From positions 128,001 through 192,000 of the forward strand of contig CAVRJG010000052.1 of the NCBI GenBank assembly GCA_963721455.1: DNA of 64,000 nucleotides. The letters run 5' to 3'. Below, one piece after another: positions 10,841 to 22,470 of the stretch (its first letter is position 1; each line of letters begins with the position of its first letter). The notes below the pieces were generated by a model that saw only the letters and a list, made by a program, of their open reading frames with translations, was not told the DNA's origin and ran no database searches. This stretch comes from an uncultured Methanosarcinaceae archaeon. Lineage in GTDB: Archaea; Halobacteriota; Methanosarcinia; Methanosarcinales; Methanosarcinaceae. The translations under genes and the position numbers were made by a program.

Positions 10841-13101
10841 TTGAGGAAATGAATTTGAGAGTAGCTGAAGCTTATCATAAGGACGTGGGCAGGGGAATTG
10901 CGAGAATTGACACCCGGCTGATGCAGCAAATGGAACTTATAAGCGGGGATATAATTGAGATCTCGGGGAAAGCCAAGACTTATGCAATTGTCTGGCCAAA
11001 TGTAGAACGCGAGCAGGAAAACAGGATCCGGATAGACGGAAACCTGCGCAGCAATGCAAAAGTGGGGATTGACGACAGGGTCACGATCCAGAAAGTCCAG
11101 GCAAAACATGCTCAGAGGGTCACCCTCGCTCCTTCCCAGCCGGTAAGGCTAGTTGGAGGTGCACATTACATCCTCAGAATTATCGAGGGAAGGCCTTTGA
11201 ACAAAGGCCAGCAGATCAGGGTGGAAACTGTAAATAACCCGCTGACCTTCGTGGTCGCATCTACAAGACCTGCAGGGCCTGTTGTCGTTACCAAGGACAC
11301 TGAAATTGTAATTAAGGAAAAATCTGTTCAGGAAATCAAAACTCCAGAAGGTATCTCATATGAGGATATAGGTGGGCTCAGGCGGGAAATCCAGCTTGTC
11401 AGGGAAATGATCGAGCTGCCGTTGAGACACCCTGAACTCTTCCAGAAGCTTGGCATTGAGCCCCCGAAAGGAGTGCTTCTTCACGGGCCTCCCGGAACGG
11501 GCAAGACGCTGATCGCAAAGGCAGTTGCGAGTGAAACTGATGCCAATTTCATTACTATCAGCGGCCCTGAGATTGTTTCCAAGTATTACGGAGAAAGCGA
11601 GCAGAAGCTCCGTGAGATCTTCGAGGAAGCTGAGAAAGATGCACCTTCGATTATCTTCATAGACGAGATCGATTCCATCGCCCCCAAGCGCGGTGAAGTT
11701 ACAGGGGAAATGGAGCGCAGGGTAGTTGCCCAACTTCTTTCCCTGATGGACGGGCTTAAGTCCAGGGGTGAGGTGGTGGTGATCGCTGCTACAAACCGTC
11801 CGAACTCCATCGATGAGGCTCTCCGCCGCGGTGGAAGGTTTGACAGGGAGATCGAAATCGGAATTCCTGATCGGAATGGCAGGAAGCAGATTCTTCTCAT
11901 TCACACAAGAGGCATGCCCATTGAACAGGAGGTAAGCCTTGGTGAAATTGCCGATGTGACCCACGGTTTCGTCGGAGCTGATCTGTCTTCCCTCTGTAAG
12001 GAAGCTGCAATGCACGCCCTCAGAAGGATAACTCCCGAGATTGATATCGAAGAAGAAATTCCGCAGGAAATTCTTGATAACCTTGTGGTCACAAAAGAGG
12101 ATTTCAGGGAAGCTCTGAAGAACATCGAGCCTTCTGCCATGAGGGAGGTCTATGTTGAAGTTACGCATGTGGGCTGGGATGATATCGGAGGACTTGAAAA
12201 TGCAAAACAGGAACTTATTGAGGCTGTAGAGTGGCCCCTGAAGTATCCTGAAATATTCAAGATTGTCAGTATAAAGCCCCCCAGGGGAGTATTGCTGTTT
12301 GGGCCTCCGGGTACGGGTAAAACTCTGCTTGCAAAGGCTGTTGCCAGTGAAAGCGAAGCCAATTTCATCAGCATCAAAGGCCCCGAACTGCTCAGCAAGT
12401 ATGTGGGTGAATCCGAGCGTGCGATCAGGGAAACCTTCCGGAAAGCAAAACAGGCTGCACCGACTGTTATTTTCTTTGACGAGATCGACTCAATTGCCCC
12501 TCAAAGAAGTTCTGTTTCCGATACGCATGTCTCCGAAAGAGTTGTCAGCCAGATCCTTACCGAGCTGGATGGAGTAGAGGAACTCAAGGATGTGATAATT
12601 GTTGCGGCCACGAACCGGCCTGACATGGTAGATCCTGCTCTCCTAAGGCCTGGCCGCTTTGACAGGCTCATCTATATTAAGCCGCCTGAAAAAGCAGGCA
12701 GGGAAAAGATCTTTGAGATCCATACACAGGGAAAACCCCTTGCAGAGGATGTTAAACTCTCCGAACTCGCTGACATGACCGAAGGATACGTGGGTGCAGA
12801 TATCGAGGGCATTTGCAGGGAAGCTGCAATGCTGGCCCTGAGGGAGATAGTTACTCCAGGGATTGGCCGAAAGGATATTGAGGAACGGGCAGGAGAAGTC
12901 AAGATTTCGAAGAAGCACTTTGAACGTGCAATCCGGCGTGTGAAGCCAACAACATCCAGGGAATCTCTCGCGGCTTATGAACAAAGTGCCGAACTCTTTG
13001 CTAAATATGCAACCGAGTTTGGAGAAGAAGCTGCCGAAGACGTAGAGCAGGAAAAAGAAATCGAACATAAAAATGTCCCGGGTTTATCTCAGGCTGAATA
13101 A
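10837..13101 (+). CDS. cdc48: CDC48/VAT AAA+ ATPase
   Basis: Two AAA modules (GPPGTGKT twice, IIFIDEID / IFFDEID) and an N-domain [10 protein letters not shown]. Confidence 0.96.
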   Translation: MIEEMNLRVAEAYHKDVGRGIARIDTRLMQQMELISGDIIEISGKAKTYAIVWPNVEREQENRIRIDGNLRSNAKVGIDDRVTIQKVQAKHAQRVTLAPSQPVRLVGGAHYILRIIEGRPLNKGQQIRVETVNNPLTFVVASTRPAGPVVVTKDTEIVIKEKSVQEIKTPEGISYEDIGGLRREIQLVREMIELPLRHPELFQKLGIEPPKGVLLHGPPGTGKTLIAKAVASETDANFITISGPEIVSKYYGESEQKLREIFEEAEKDAPSIIFIDEIDSIAPKRGEVTGEMERRVVAQLLSLMDGLKSRGEVVVIAATNRPNSIDEALRRGGRFDREIEIGIPDRNGRKQILLIHTRGMPIEQEVSLGEIADVTHGFVGADLSSLCKEAAMHALRRITPEIDIEEEIPQEILDNLVVTKEDFREALKNIEPSAMREVYVEVTHVGWDDIGGLENAKQELIEAVEWPLKYPEIFKIVSIKPPRGVLLFGPPGTGKTLLAKAVASESEANFISIKGPELLSKYVGESERAIRETFRKAKQAAPTVIFFDEIDSIAPQRSSVSDTHVSERVVSQILTELDGVEELKDVIIVAATNRPDMVDPALLRPGRFDRLIYIKPPEKAGREKIFEIHTQGKPLAEDVKLSELADMTEGYVGADIEGICREAAMLALREIVTPGIGRKDIEERAGEVKISKKHFERAIRRVKPTTSRESLAAYEQSAELFAKYATEFGEEAAEDVEQEKEIEHKNVPGLSQAE

Positions 13102-13243
13102 GCCTGCTTCCTGAAAGGCCGGCAAATCCCGGCATTTTCAATTTTGAAAGATTAAGGGACTACTCAAAGAATAATGGTTGATTTGATTAATACTCACCTG
13201 ATAATGAAATTACGAATGGATAAATTAATAATGGAGTGATTAT

Positions 13244-13771
13244 ATGGACAGAGACAGCAAAAAAAGAAGACATTTTTTCGGTGAAGTATTCGGAATTGAC
13301 CCCCTTCAGGATATGGACGAAATGTTTGGCCGCCTCAGCAGGGCAATGGGTATGAGCGTGGAAAATTTCGGACAGCATCCTTTTGTCTACGGATTTTCCG
13401 TAACTCAGCGGACAGGAGAAGATCCAGAAATCCGCGAATTCGGAAATATCCCTATGTTTGAGCAGAGGGAAACCGGAGAAAAGCGTTATCTTGACATAAG
13501 AACCCCCCTGATTGATATCCTGGAAACCGAAGAGACCGTGCATGTGATTGCCGAGATGCCTGGCATCGAGAAAGAAAACATCGTACTGAACGCAACTGAT
13601 TTAATACTTGACATCGAAACAATAGATGGGAATCCAAAATATTCCGAACGTGTGGAACTGCCCGTAAAGGTGGACCCCCAGAGTGCGAAAGCCACATACA
13701 AAAACGGTGTGCTGGAAGTTACCTTTAAGCGGCTGGAATCCAGTTCCCGAACCTCAATCAATGTTGAGTGA
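13244..13771 (+). CDS. Small heat-shock protein Hsp20
   Basis: PFVYGFS...IREFGN and the alpha-crystallin motif AKATYKNGVLEV. Confidence 0.9.
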   Translation: MDRDSKKRRHFFGEVFGIDPLQDMDEMFGRLSRAMGMSVENFGQHPFVYGFSVTQRTGEDPEIREFGNIPMFEQRETGEKRYLDIRTPLIDILETEETVHVIAEMPGIEKENIVLNATDLILDIETIDGNPKYSERVELPVKVDPQSAKATYKNGVLEVTFKRLESSSRTSINVE

Positions 13772-13849
13772 TTCTCGGGATCACAGGAAATCAGAGATTT
13801 TCTGGAAGTTGTGATAATCGCAACAACGCTAGGAAAAGAAGAGGTAATA

Positions 13850-14347
13850 ATGGTGGGCATAAGAAAAAAAAAGGATTTCTTTGACGATTTTGGATCTGAA
13901 CTTTTTGACAACCTGGAAGAAATGATTGAAGCCCTCCTGGAAGAAATGGGAGAGTCCGTTCCATTCGTTTACGGATTTTCTATCATTCGTCGCCCGGGGG
14001 AAGATCTGGAACTCCGGGAGTTTGGAAACGTTCCGGAAGATTCTCACGATGAAGAGGATCTCTTCTCCTCCGAAATACAAGACCCTTTAATTGATATCTT
14101 TGAAGACGACGAATTGGTACACGTACTTGCAGAGTTCCCGGAGATTGGAAAGGAAAATCTCCTGCTGCATGCGACTGCTCAAAATCTTGAAGTCAGGATA
14201 CTCGGGTCTTCCGAATATTCGGAAGATGTGGAGCTCCCGGTCCGTGTGGACCCGAAGAGTGCAAAAGCCAGCTATAAAAACGGAGTGCTTGAAGTTACCT
14301 TCAGACGTTGTGCTGAAGAAAAACCCGTTGAAATCGAAATTAATTGA
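13850..14347 (+). CDS. Small heat-shock protein Hsp20 (second paralogue)
   Basis: PFVYGFS and AKASYKNGVLEV. GAGGT RBS before ATG 13850. Confidence 0.88.
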   Translation: MVGIRKKKDFFDDFGSELFDNLEEMIEALLEEMGESVPFVYGFSIIRRPGEDLELREFGNVPEDSHDEEDLFSSEIQDPLIDIFEDDELVHVLAEFPEIGKENLLLHATAQNLEVRILGSSEYSEDVELPVRVDPKSAKASYKNGVLEVTFRRCAEEKPVEIEIN

Positions 14348-14816
14348 TGTCAACTAGCTTGAAGAATTAATTGAAACATTTATCTGAAGGCTTCGGATCA
14401 GAAAAATTGAGTCTGGAGGTCTGGATAAATACACATAGAATAGTATAAATTAAAAACAGATAGTATGCAGAATCTTTTACAGAGCAAAGCTTTTTTCTCG
14501 GTTAATCTAAAAAAATTTAACCTTTTTTGCGTGTACTATTTGTCTATCCTATTTGTACATCTTTGAATGCTCTTCTGACAATTCTTTGATTGATTTCTCT
14601 TATTACAAGGTTATTTTTCCTCTGATAAGGCATTTAAATCAATTTGGTGGATGGGGTTTTCTGGAAAACTATCTTTAATATACTCTTTTTCTTTTGGGGA
14701 ATATATTTTGGCAAAGATTCTTTTTTTTAGACAGAATTATTTGCAGCTTACCGAATTTTCTGTAAAACATGATTGACTCTCTATCCCTTTCCTTTTTCTC
14801 GGTCTGAGTAATCATA

Positions 14817-14930
14817 GAGCTGCTGAACAATAGCTGATTTAAATATGATTTCAGGTACGCGGAGGACGATATAGATTCCTTTTTCGACATTGAGCTACTG
14901 AACAATAGCTGATTTAAACATGATTTCAGG
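14817..14930. repeat. 39-bp direct repeat x2 (period 75 bp)
   Basis: GAGCTRCTGAACAATAGCTGATTTAAAYATGATTTCAGG at 14817 and 14892. Confidence 0.85.
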
Positions 14931-15456
14931 AGGGGTTTTTACAGTTTTTCTCCTATTTGCGAGTAGAGATTACAGTCTTCTTCATCTCGAAAGAGAAGTT
15001 TACTAACTCACTAATTTTGTATATAATTTGTTCTCTGAATACAATTTTTGATAACATCACGACCCTAAACGAAAATAGTATGTTTTTCTGGAAGAATCGA
15101 GAGTATAACTCAAAAAATATGTATTTTATGAGGTAAAATTATTAAATAAGATGATATAAAAACGATTTGATTCACTAAAAAGAAAAGTAAAAAGATGTTC
15201 AACTTCTTATTATAAGTCCCTAAGTTATGAACTTTTACGCCTCTCTCTACACTTTTGATAGAAACAAAAACACAAAATATATACGTATGCCCGTTTAACA
15301 GGAAATCTATAGTCTCGAAATAAAAGAAGTATGTGTTGTCCAGGACGATCGCTCAGGATATATTCCTGGCTGGAGGAGGGTTTGACTCCGCAACCTCTGA
15401 GACCAGTGTCAGTCCTGGTAGAAACTCCAGGATAACCATGCATGGACTTGAAAGAT

Positions 15457-15504
15457 AAAGCAGTTTTTCACGATAGAGAAAAAGCAGTTTTTCACGATAG
15501 AGAA
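15457..15504. repeat. 24-bp tandem duplication
   Basis: AAAGCAGTTTTTCACGATAGAGAA twice. Confidence 0.85.
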
Positions 15505-15914
15505 ATTTAATTTTATGTGAATGAGATGCATAAAAATGAAGAACGTAGATTTGAGGTTTTCTTATTGAGAATCAAATAAGAAAACAAATTGAACGTCTTT
15601 CTCAGACGCATGGAGATTGAATTGACCTATTGAAGAAAAACATTAAAGCAAGTCTTAATAATACCAAAATTCGAGACTTTGAAGCGTTTAATGGAAATAA
15701 ATTCTTTAAACATTTTGTAATCTACAGTGCTCGCAATTAACAATTGTACTTATTACTAAACACATATTTGTTACATATTTCATGTATTTATTCAGTTATT
15801 TCAGCCCTTAAAAACGGAGCTATATGCTGTTAAAAGGGGTTTAAATGTATATAATTTGTTAAATGTAACTTTAGTGTGAACACTATAGACTAAAATTAAA
15901 GGAGGAGATAAGTA

Positions 15915-17028
15915 ATGGCTCTTGAACCAGGAGTTTTAATTGGATTTCTTGTAATATTCCTGGCCGTATTACTCGGTCCTTTTAAAATACACGTTATTGA
16001 GGAAAATCTAGAAGTATTCCTGTTTATCTGCGGAGTGGCGGCAATGACAATTGCAGGTATGGTCGAAATTCCAGGTACAGAAACAGGCTGGAGGATGGAA
16101 ATCATCGAAGAAGCATTGACTTCGCCGCTGGCTTCTTTACATATTGGCGGTATTCCAATAGGCATATTCCAGATAGTGCTGGTTGTTGGTTTAATTATCT
16201 TTAAATGGCATGAGCCTATCCATAAAGCAATCCGGAAAATGGCTTCAGCGCTTTCTCTTAAGGTTATGGCTTTTATCCTTATTGCCGTGCTTGGTCTATT
16301 TTCCAGTGTAATGTCCGCCATTCTTGCGGCAATAATTCTCGTTGAGATGGTTAATGCACTGCCTCTCACACGAAAATCCAAGATAGACCTGACAGTTATT
16401 GCATGTTTCTCAATAGGACTTGGCGCTGCGCTTACTCCTCTCGGCGAACCTCTTTCGACAATCGCTATCTCAAAACTCTCCGGTGAGCCTTACAATGCCG
16501 ATTTCATGTTCTTATTTAACATGCTGGGTAAATACATCCTTCCAGGAATCCTTGTGTACGGTCTCGTTGGAATGTTCTTTTTGGGAAAAATTGATCCAAA
16601 AGACGCGGGAATGAAAGCAGCAGACTATAACGAGACTGTTAAGGACGTCGTAATGAGGGCTGTTAAGGTCTACGTGTTTATCATGGCTCTGATATTTCTC
16701 GGAGATGGTTTCAAGCCTATCATATTCGAGTACTTCACCCAAATCCCTTCCACGGTACTCTTACTGGGTAAACATGGTCTCGGCCATCCTGGATAATGCT
16801 ACTCTGGCAGCTGCTGAGATCGGACCTACTATGAGTGAATTACAGATAAAGAGTATACTTATGGGGCTTTTAATCGCAGGCGGAATGCTGATCCCAGGAA
16901 ATATCCCGAACATCATCTCTGCAGGCAAACTGGGTATAACCAGCAAAGAATGGGCAAGGCTCGGAGTACCCATGGGACTTGTCTCGATGGCTATCTATTA
17001 CGTCATCATCTTTGTGCTTAAGATCTAA
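15915..17028 (+). pseudogene. DUF1646-family membrane protein (putative cation transporter), frameshifted near 16761
   Basis: Hydrophobic ORF with GAALTPLGEPLST continues in another frame as YWVNMVSAILDNATLAAAE...GGMLIPGNIPN. One extra T in CTC-TTAC-TGG. May be a sequencing error. Confidence 0.75.
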
Positions 17029-17541
17029 GCTCAAAATATGCCCATCTAACTTAAGACAGATTCAGTTCCAAAATCCGGTGATGACGTATAAATTAAAAGT
17101 CGCTGGATTTTGAAACCGAATCACATTCTTCAAAACAGTATAAAACGGATTGTATTCTTACAGTATCTTCTTCAAATTCCATGGGAAAATTCTCCCTCTT
17201 ATTTGAAAAGGATACTTTTTGACCTTTTGATATTTCAAGTGGGTAAATCAAATTTGCCCCTTATTTTTTGTTTGTGAAATTTTGCTGAAGCTGAATCACA
17301 TTAGTTTTCTGTCCTCTTTTACCGAATTTCGAGCTTTGCAGATGTAAGAGGAGGGTATTTTCCCTGTCAGGAGGAGGGTATTTTCCCTGTTACTGAGGCT
17401 TTTGAGTTTTCATTTAAGATATCTTTTTCTATAGAATCTATAGATTATTTACTTAATATTTATTTTCTTTCACGTATATAGACTAAATCGAATAACTACT
17501 TATATTGCCCGGCGAATTCTAATCCCTAAAAAGCTAGAAAT

Positions 17542-18312
17542 GTGAACAAGCAGGACAGAGGAATAGATATCATAAGAATGGTACATCTTTCAGACATTCA
17601 TTTCTCAGAGGCATACTATATGCCTGAGATTGCAGATTCAATGCTTGAAAACATAAACCGTAGCGCTCCGGATATTGTAATTCTCACCGGCGACCTGACA
17701 GAAAACGGGCTTGCAGCCGAATATAATGGGGCAAAAAACTTCATTGACAGGATCGAATGTAAAAACAAGGTGATAGTTCCGGGAAACCATGACTCGAGGA
17801 ATGCCGGTTACCTCTTCTTCGAGGACATTTTCAAGGCCAGGTCGACCTTCGGGCACTTCGGCGAAGTCACTGTGGTAGGGCTTGATTCTTCCCAGCCGGA
17901 TCTTGAAGAAGGGCACATAGGAAGGGAAAATTATGGCTGGATAGAGAGGACTTTCTCAGGAAGCGGTTTCAAGGTTTTTGCCCTTCACCACCACCTTATT
18001 CCAATTCCCAGGACTGGCAGAGGAAATAATGTACTTGTAGATGCAGGAGACGTTCTGGAACTCCTGGACCGTTCCTGTGTGAACCTTGTCCTTTGCGGGC
18101 ACTGGCACATCCCCTGGGTCTGGAGATTAAATGACATGCTCGTCGTCAGTGCAGGAACGGTCTGCTCTTCCAAAATTCGTGGAAAAACCTCTCAGTGTTA
18201 CAACCTGATTGAACTTGATGCGCCAGAACCCGAATCCAGGCGCTGGCACGTGAAGGTTTACAGAGTTTTCTCAAATGGAGAAAAAGAACGAGTTGTTGAT
18301 AGTATAATATAA
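17542..18312 (+). CDS. Calcineurin-like metallophosphoesterase
   Basis: HLSDIH, TGDLT, PGNHD, LHHH and LCGHWH motifs. Confidence 0.9.
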   Translation: MNKQDRGIDIIRMVHLSDIHFSEAYYMPEIADSMLENINRSAPDIVILTGDLTENGLAAEYNGAKNFIDRIECKNKVIVPGNHDSRNAGYLFFEDIFKARSTFGHFGEVTVVGLDSSQPDLEEGHIGRENYGWIERTFSGSGFKVFALHHHLIPIPRTGRGNNVLVDAGDVLELLDRSCVNLVLCGHWHIPWVWRLNDMLVVSAGTVCSSKIRGKTSQCYNLIELDAPEPESRRWHVKVYRVFSNGEKERVVDSII

Positions 18313-18367
18313 TAGACCCCTGAGAACGCGAGTTGTTGATAGTATAATATAATAGACACCTGAGAAC
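18289..18367. repeat. 40-bp tandem duplication covering the phosphoesterase stop codon
   Basis: CGAGTTGTTGATAGTATAATATAATAGACMCCTGAGAAC at 18289 and 18329. Confidence 0.85.
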
Positions 18368-18620
18368 AGATAAGATCCCTAAGAACGAATCACTTACTTA
18401 GATAAGTTCTCCTTCAGAATACGGAATTCTGAAAAGCACTAACTGTTGTTCAGGCTCTTAAATCTGATTTTCATCAGGAATTCTTCAAAAAACTTTCAGT
18501 TTTTACCTTTTTCTGTTCCTCAAATTTTGTCCCCTCTATTATTTCATACCCTCAATATTTTACCCTCCTGCAAAATCCTTGTCGGCGATGTTATATTTTT
18601 TTGACAATAAATTATAGACT

Positions 18621-19443
18621 ATGAAACTCGGTTTAGGAATCGATACTGGTGGAACATACACCGATACCGTCTTAATGGACCTTTCAGATGGCAGGATTCT
18701 TGATTCTAACAAAGCGTTAACCACGCATTCGAATCTGGTTGAAGGGATAAAAAGTAATTTCAGGCCTGAAGCAGGGATACCTGAAGGACATAAAACTTGT
18801 CTCCGTGTCTACGACTCTTTCCACAAACTCCACACTGGAAGGCAAAGGACATCCCGCAGGGCTGATTCTGGCAGGCTACACGGTAAGCGGGGAAGTCCCT
18901 GCCCAGCACATGATTCCCATAGATGGGAGGCATGATTCAAAAGGAAACGAAATTAGCTGCCTTGACCTGAAATCCGTGGAAGAGTTCGTTAACAGCACCC
19001 GAGGCAGGCTCTTTTCCTATACCGTATCGTCTTTTACAACGGATTTCAAGCGTGAAGACCTTGAAAAACTGCTTGCTAGCTCCAGGTTCACAAAGTTCAA
19101 AATTAATGTCCCTCCGGTGATGATCGGAGCTCCTGTCAAAGCTTACGTGTCCGAACTCTGTAAATTCATTGATGCAGATATCCGGGTTCCCCAGTTCCAC
19201 GAAGTAGGTAATGCGGTGGGAGCCCTTATTGGCAACATTATCAAGAGAAGCGAAATCCTTATCCGGCCTGCAGGTTCCGGTACCGAACAGTACCATGTGT
19301 TCTCGGAAGTAGAGCGGAAAATTGCAGACAACTACCTGGAAGCCGTGGATTACGGGCTTGGGCTGATGGAGAAATTGATTTTTGACCATATGGGCGGGTA
19401 CGGGCTCCAGAAGGACCAGGTCCGTTATCATTCTCTATTATGA
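18621..19443 (+). pseudogene. Hydantoinase/oxoprolinase-family pseudogene (frameshift plus large internal deletion)
   Basis: GIDTGGTYTD, then a frameshift into VSTTLSTNSTLEG, then a jump to the C-terminal IGAPV...EVGNAVGA. Much shorter than the family. Confidence 0.8.
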
Positions 19444-19716
19444 GAGAATTCGCTTTATTTAAGGAAATTATGAAAGACTTTCGAAAAGACCTCAGTTCTC
19501 TCAATATTCTTTTTATTTCCCTTCCCTTTCTCTGCAGACAACAGGAAGGCCCTGTTTTCTTCTCTTTCCTGGCTCTTTTTCCCTTTCGGTTTGTTTTTCC
19601 GGCTCTGGATAAACAAGTTTTTATTTATGTTCAGTTACTTCCTTCAATCAGGACTATTATTCTATCTAACAAGATTCTATTCTGAAAATTAAACTATTTA
19701 TTCAGGAGTAACGAAA

Positions 19717-21003
19717 ATGCGCAGGGACTATATAGACAGGGGCTACAGCCCGAAGGATACGGATCTTATCTGTGAATTTCATATCGAACCGTCAGCAGGG
19801 GTGGATTTCGAAGAAGCTGCTACCCACATGGCAGGGGAAAGCTCTATTGACTCCTGGACTGAAATTGCCACATTGAGTCCCGAACTTGCAGCGAAACTGA
19901 AGCCCTACGTTTTTTACGTGGATGAGGAAGCGCAGACTGTAAGGGTGGCTTATTCCGAAGAACTCTTTGAGCTTGGCTCGGTCCCGCAGGTTCTCAGCGC
20001 TGTCGCAGGAAATATTCTGAGCATGAAGATTGTTGACAACCTCAGGCTGCAGGATATCGCTTTCCCGAAATCGATGCTTAACGAGTTCAAAGGCCCGAAC
20101 TTCGGGTTGTCAGGAATCAGGGAACTGGTAGGTGTGCGGGACCGGCCTCTTATAGGAACTATCGTCAAGCCGAAGGTTGGATTGACCTCCGAAAAACACG
20201 CTGACGTCGCTTACAATTCCTTTGCAGGGGGCTGCGATCTCGTTAAGGATGATGAGAACCTTACAGACCAGAAATTTAACGGCTTTGAAAAGAGAGCCGA
20301 ACTAACCCTCAAGCTTGCAGAAAAGGCAGAGTCTGAGACAGGAGAACGCAAAATGTATCTCTGCAACATCACTGCCCCGACCTGTAAGGAAATGGCCCGC
20401 CGAATGAACATTCTTAAAAATCTGGGTGCCAGCTATGCAATGATCGATGTCGTGCCTGCAGGTTGGACTGCCCTTCAGACCCTGAGGGAAGAAGCCGAAG
20501 ATGCGGGCCTGGTTCTCCATGCCCACCGCTGCATGCATTCAGCCTATACACGGAACCCACGCCACGGGATAAGCATGGTTGTCGTTGCCAAGCTCTGCAG
20601 GCTGATAGGGCTTGACCAGCTCCACATAGGCACGGTTGTCGGGAAGATGCACGGAGAAAAGCACGAGGTCCTGACCCTCAGGGACGAATGTGTGCTTGAT
20701 AAAGTGCCTGCGGATGAAAGCCAGCACGTCCTTGCCCAGGATTGGGGAGGATTAAAGCCCATGTTCCCTGTCGCGTCTGGGGGGCTTGCTCCTACAATGA
20801 TTCCTGACCTGTATTCTATTTTCGGCAAAGATGTTATTATGCAGTTCGGCGGCGGAATCCATGCCCATCCTATGGGCACGGCAGCCGGAGCTGCTGCTTG
20901 CAGGCAGGCACTTGAAGCAAGCCTTGAAGGAGTTACTCTGCAGGAGTACGCGAAAAGCCACAAAGAACTCGAAGCTGCCCTCGGCAAGTGGCTGCAGAAA
21001 TAA
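19717..21003 (+). CDS. rbcL: RuBisCO form III large subunit
   Basis: GTIVKPKVG, GGCDLVKDDE, HAHR, SGG and QFGGGIHAHP. Confidence 0.95.
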   Translation: MRRDYIDRGYSPKDTDLICEFHIEPSAGVDFEEAATHMAGESSIDSWTEIATLSPELAAKLKPYVFYVDEEAQTVRVAYSEELFELGSVPQVLSAVAGNILSMKIVDNLRLQDIAFPKSMLNEFKGPNFGLSGIRELVGVRDRPLIGTIVKPKVGLTSEKHADVAYNSFAGGCDLVKDDENLTDQKFNGFEKRAELTLKLAEKAESETGERKMYLCNITAPTCKEMARRMNILKNLGASYAMIDVVPAGWTALQTLREEAEDAGLVLHAHRCMHSAYTRNPRHGISMVVVAKLCRLIGLDQLHIGTVVGKMHGEKHEVLTLRDECVLDKVPADESQHVLAQDWGGLKPMFPVASGGLAPTMIPDLYSIFGKDVIMQFGGGIHAHPMGTAAGAAACRQALEASLEGVTLQEYAKSHKELEAALGKWLQK

Positions 21004-21052
21004 GCCGAAAAAGAGCAATAGGGAATCACAATCGGAAAGGAGTTTATCCCTG

Positions 21053-22144
21053 GTGCAGGCAGAAAACGGAACTAGAGTAAAGACCCTGGTTTTTCGGGTT
21101 TCCGAAGAAAACTTTAACGCCGTTCTTGACAAGGCGGCAGCTATCATCAGGAGTGGCGGGACTGTGGCTTTCCCTACGGAAACTGTCTACGGGCTTGGGG
21201 CTGACGGCCTGAACCCCGATGCAGTCCTGAAGATTTTCGAGGCTAAAGAGCGCCCTCCGGGAAATCCTCTTAGCCTGCTCGTTCACTCAAGGGAAGATCT
21301 CGGGAAGGTCGCAAGAAATATCCCGGAGAAAGCTTTCAGGCTCATGGACGCTTTCTGGCCTGGCCCTCTTACGATCGTTCTGGAAAAAAACAATATTGTC
21401 CCGGCAATTACCTCAGGAAACCTGCAATCAATAGGAGTCCGCATGCCTGACCATAAAATTCCTCTGGAACTCGTGAAGAGGGCAGGTACTCCTCTTGCTG
21501 CTCCCAGTGCCAACCTGTCTGGAAAGCCCAGTCCCAGCCTTGCATCCCACGTCATAGCCGATCTTACTGGCAGGATAGATGCAATTATTGACGGAGGGGA
21601 AGCTGCCATAGGCCTTGAGTCAACTGTAATTGATATGACTGTCGAACCGCCTGCTGTGCTCAGGCCAGGAGCCGTGGGAATTGAAGAGCTCGAAAGAATT
21701 ATAGGAAAAGTCAGGCCAGGATACAAAGATGGCGAAGCCGGGACTGATGCGGCTCTGCTGGAAAAGAGGGCAGGTCAGAAGTACGGACATTACACTCCTG
21801 ATACAAAGGTTGTGCTTGTGGAAGGGGAAAGCAAATCAGTTTCGGAAAAGATTGTCAAATTACTTGAAATTTACAGAAATGAAGGGCAGAAAGTCGGGCT
21901 CCTGCTCAGTGAGGAAACTGCAGGCTTCCCTGCTTTTAAAAAACTGGGCGCAGAAGGATTCTTTTTGCTGGGACCCAGGGAAGAACCAGAGGCTGCTGCC
22001 AGGAAACTTTTTGAAGGGCTAAGGAATCTGGATAGAAGAGGGCTGGATATTATCGTGGCCGACGGTTCCTTTAGCCGTTCAGGGCTTGGGGATGCGCTCA
22101 TTAACAGATTGAGGGAAGCATCTTCCGTAAGGTTTGCTGTTTAA
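21053..22144 (+). CDS. sua5: Threonylcarbamoyl-AMP synthase Sua5
   Basis: VAFPTETVYGLGA, FWPGPLT and APSANLSG motifs. GTG start after an AGGAG RBS. Confidence 0.92.
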   Translation: MQAENGTRVKTLVFRVSEENFNAVLDKAAAIIRSGGTVAFPTETVYGLGADGLNPDAVLKIFEAKERPPGNPLSLLVHSREDLGKVARNIPEKAFRLMDAFWPGPLTIVLEKNNIVPAITSGNLQSIGVRMPDHKIPLELVKRAGTPLAAPSANLSGKPSPSLASHVIADLTGRIDAIIDGGEAAIGLESTVIDMTVEPPAVLRPGAVGIEELERIIGKVRPGYKDGEAGTDAALLEKRAGQKYGHYTPDTKVVLVEGESKSVSEKIVKLLEIYRNEGQKVGLLLSEETAGFPAFKKLGAEGFFLLGPREEPEAAARKLFEGLRNLDRRGLDIIVADGSFSRSGLGDALINRLREASSVRFAV

Positions 22145-22231
22145 GTTCAATTGTAACGGCAGAATGAGGGTTTGGTTAAATATTTGAGAGGGATTTTTTT
22201 GAAAGCAGAAAAAAAAGAAAATCTGGTAAAA

Positions 22232-22432
22232 ATGCGGGCTTATAAAAAAGTCCTGGGGCAGAACAAGAAGGTAAACAAGATTAATTTTGTAATTCTGGCG
22301 GCAGGCCTGCTTTTAACAGTCCTTGGCATGGAGAAGGTAGGGAACTATCTTCTCTGGGTCGGTATGTTTGTCCTTTTTGCGACTGCCATTTCAAGCATCT
22401 TCGCCTCCGGGTCTTTGCGCAGGCAGAGATAA
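22232..22432 (+). CDS. Small membrane protein with two TM helices
   Basis: Hydrophobic 66-aa ORF between sua5 and the PolD gene. Confidence 0.55.
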   Translation: MRAYKKVLGQNKKVNKINFVILAAGLLLTVLGMEKVGNYLLWVGMFVLFATAISSIFASGSLRRQR

Positions 22433-22470
22433 ATCCGAATTTCCTAATATTCTGATAAAGGAGCTTCCAA

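Noticed and set aside
20831-21052. Long N-terminal extension of Sua5 overlapping rbcL
   Set aside because: Artefact of the longest-ORF call; an RBS and GTG at 21053 give a normal start.
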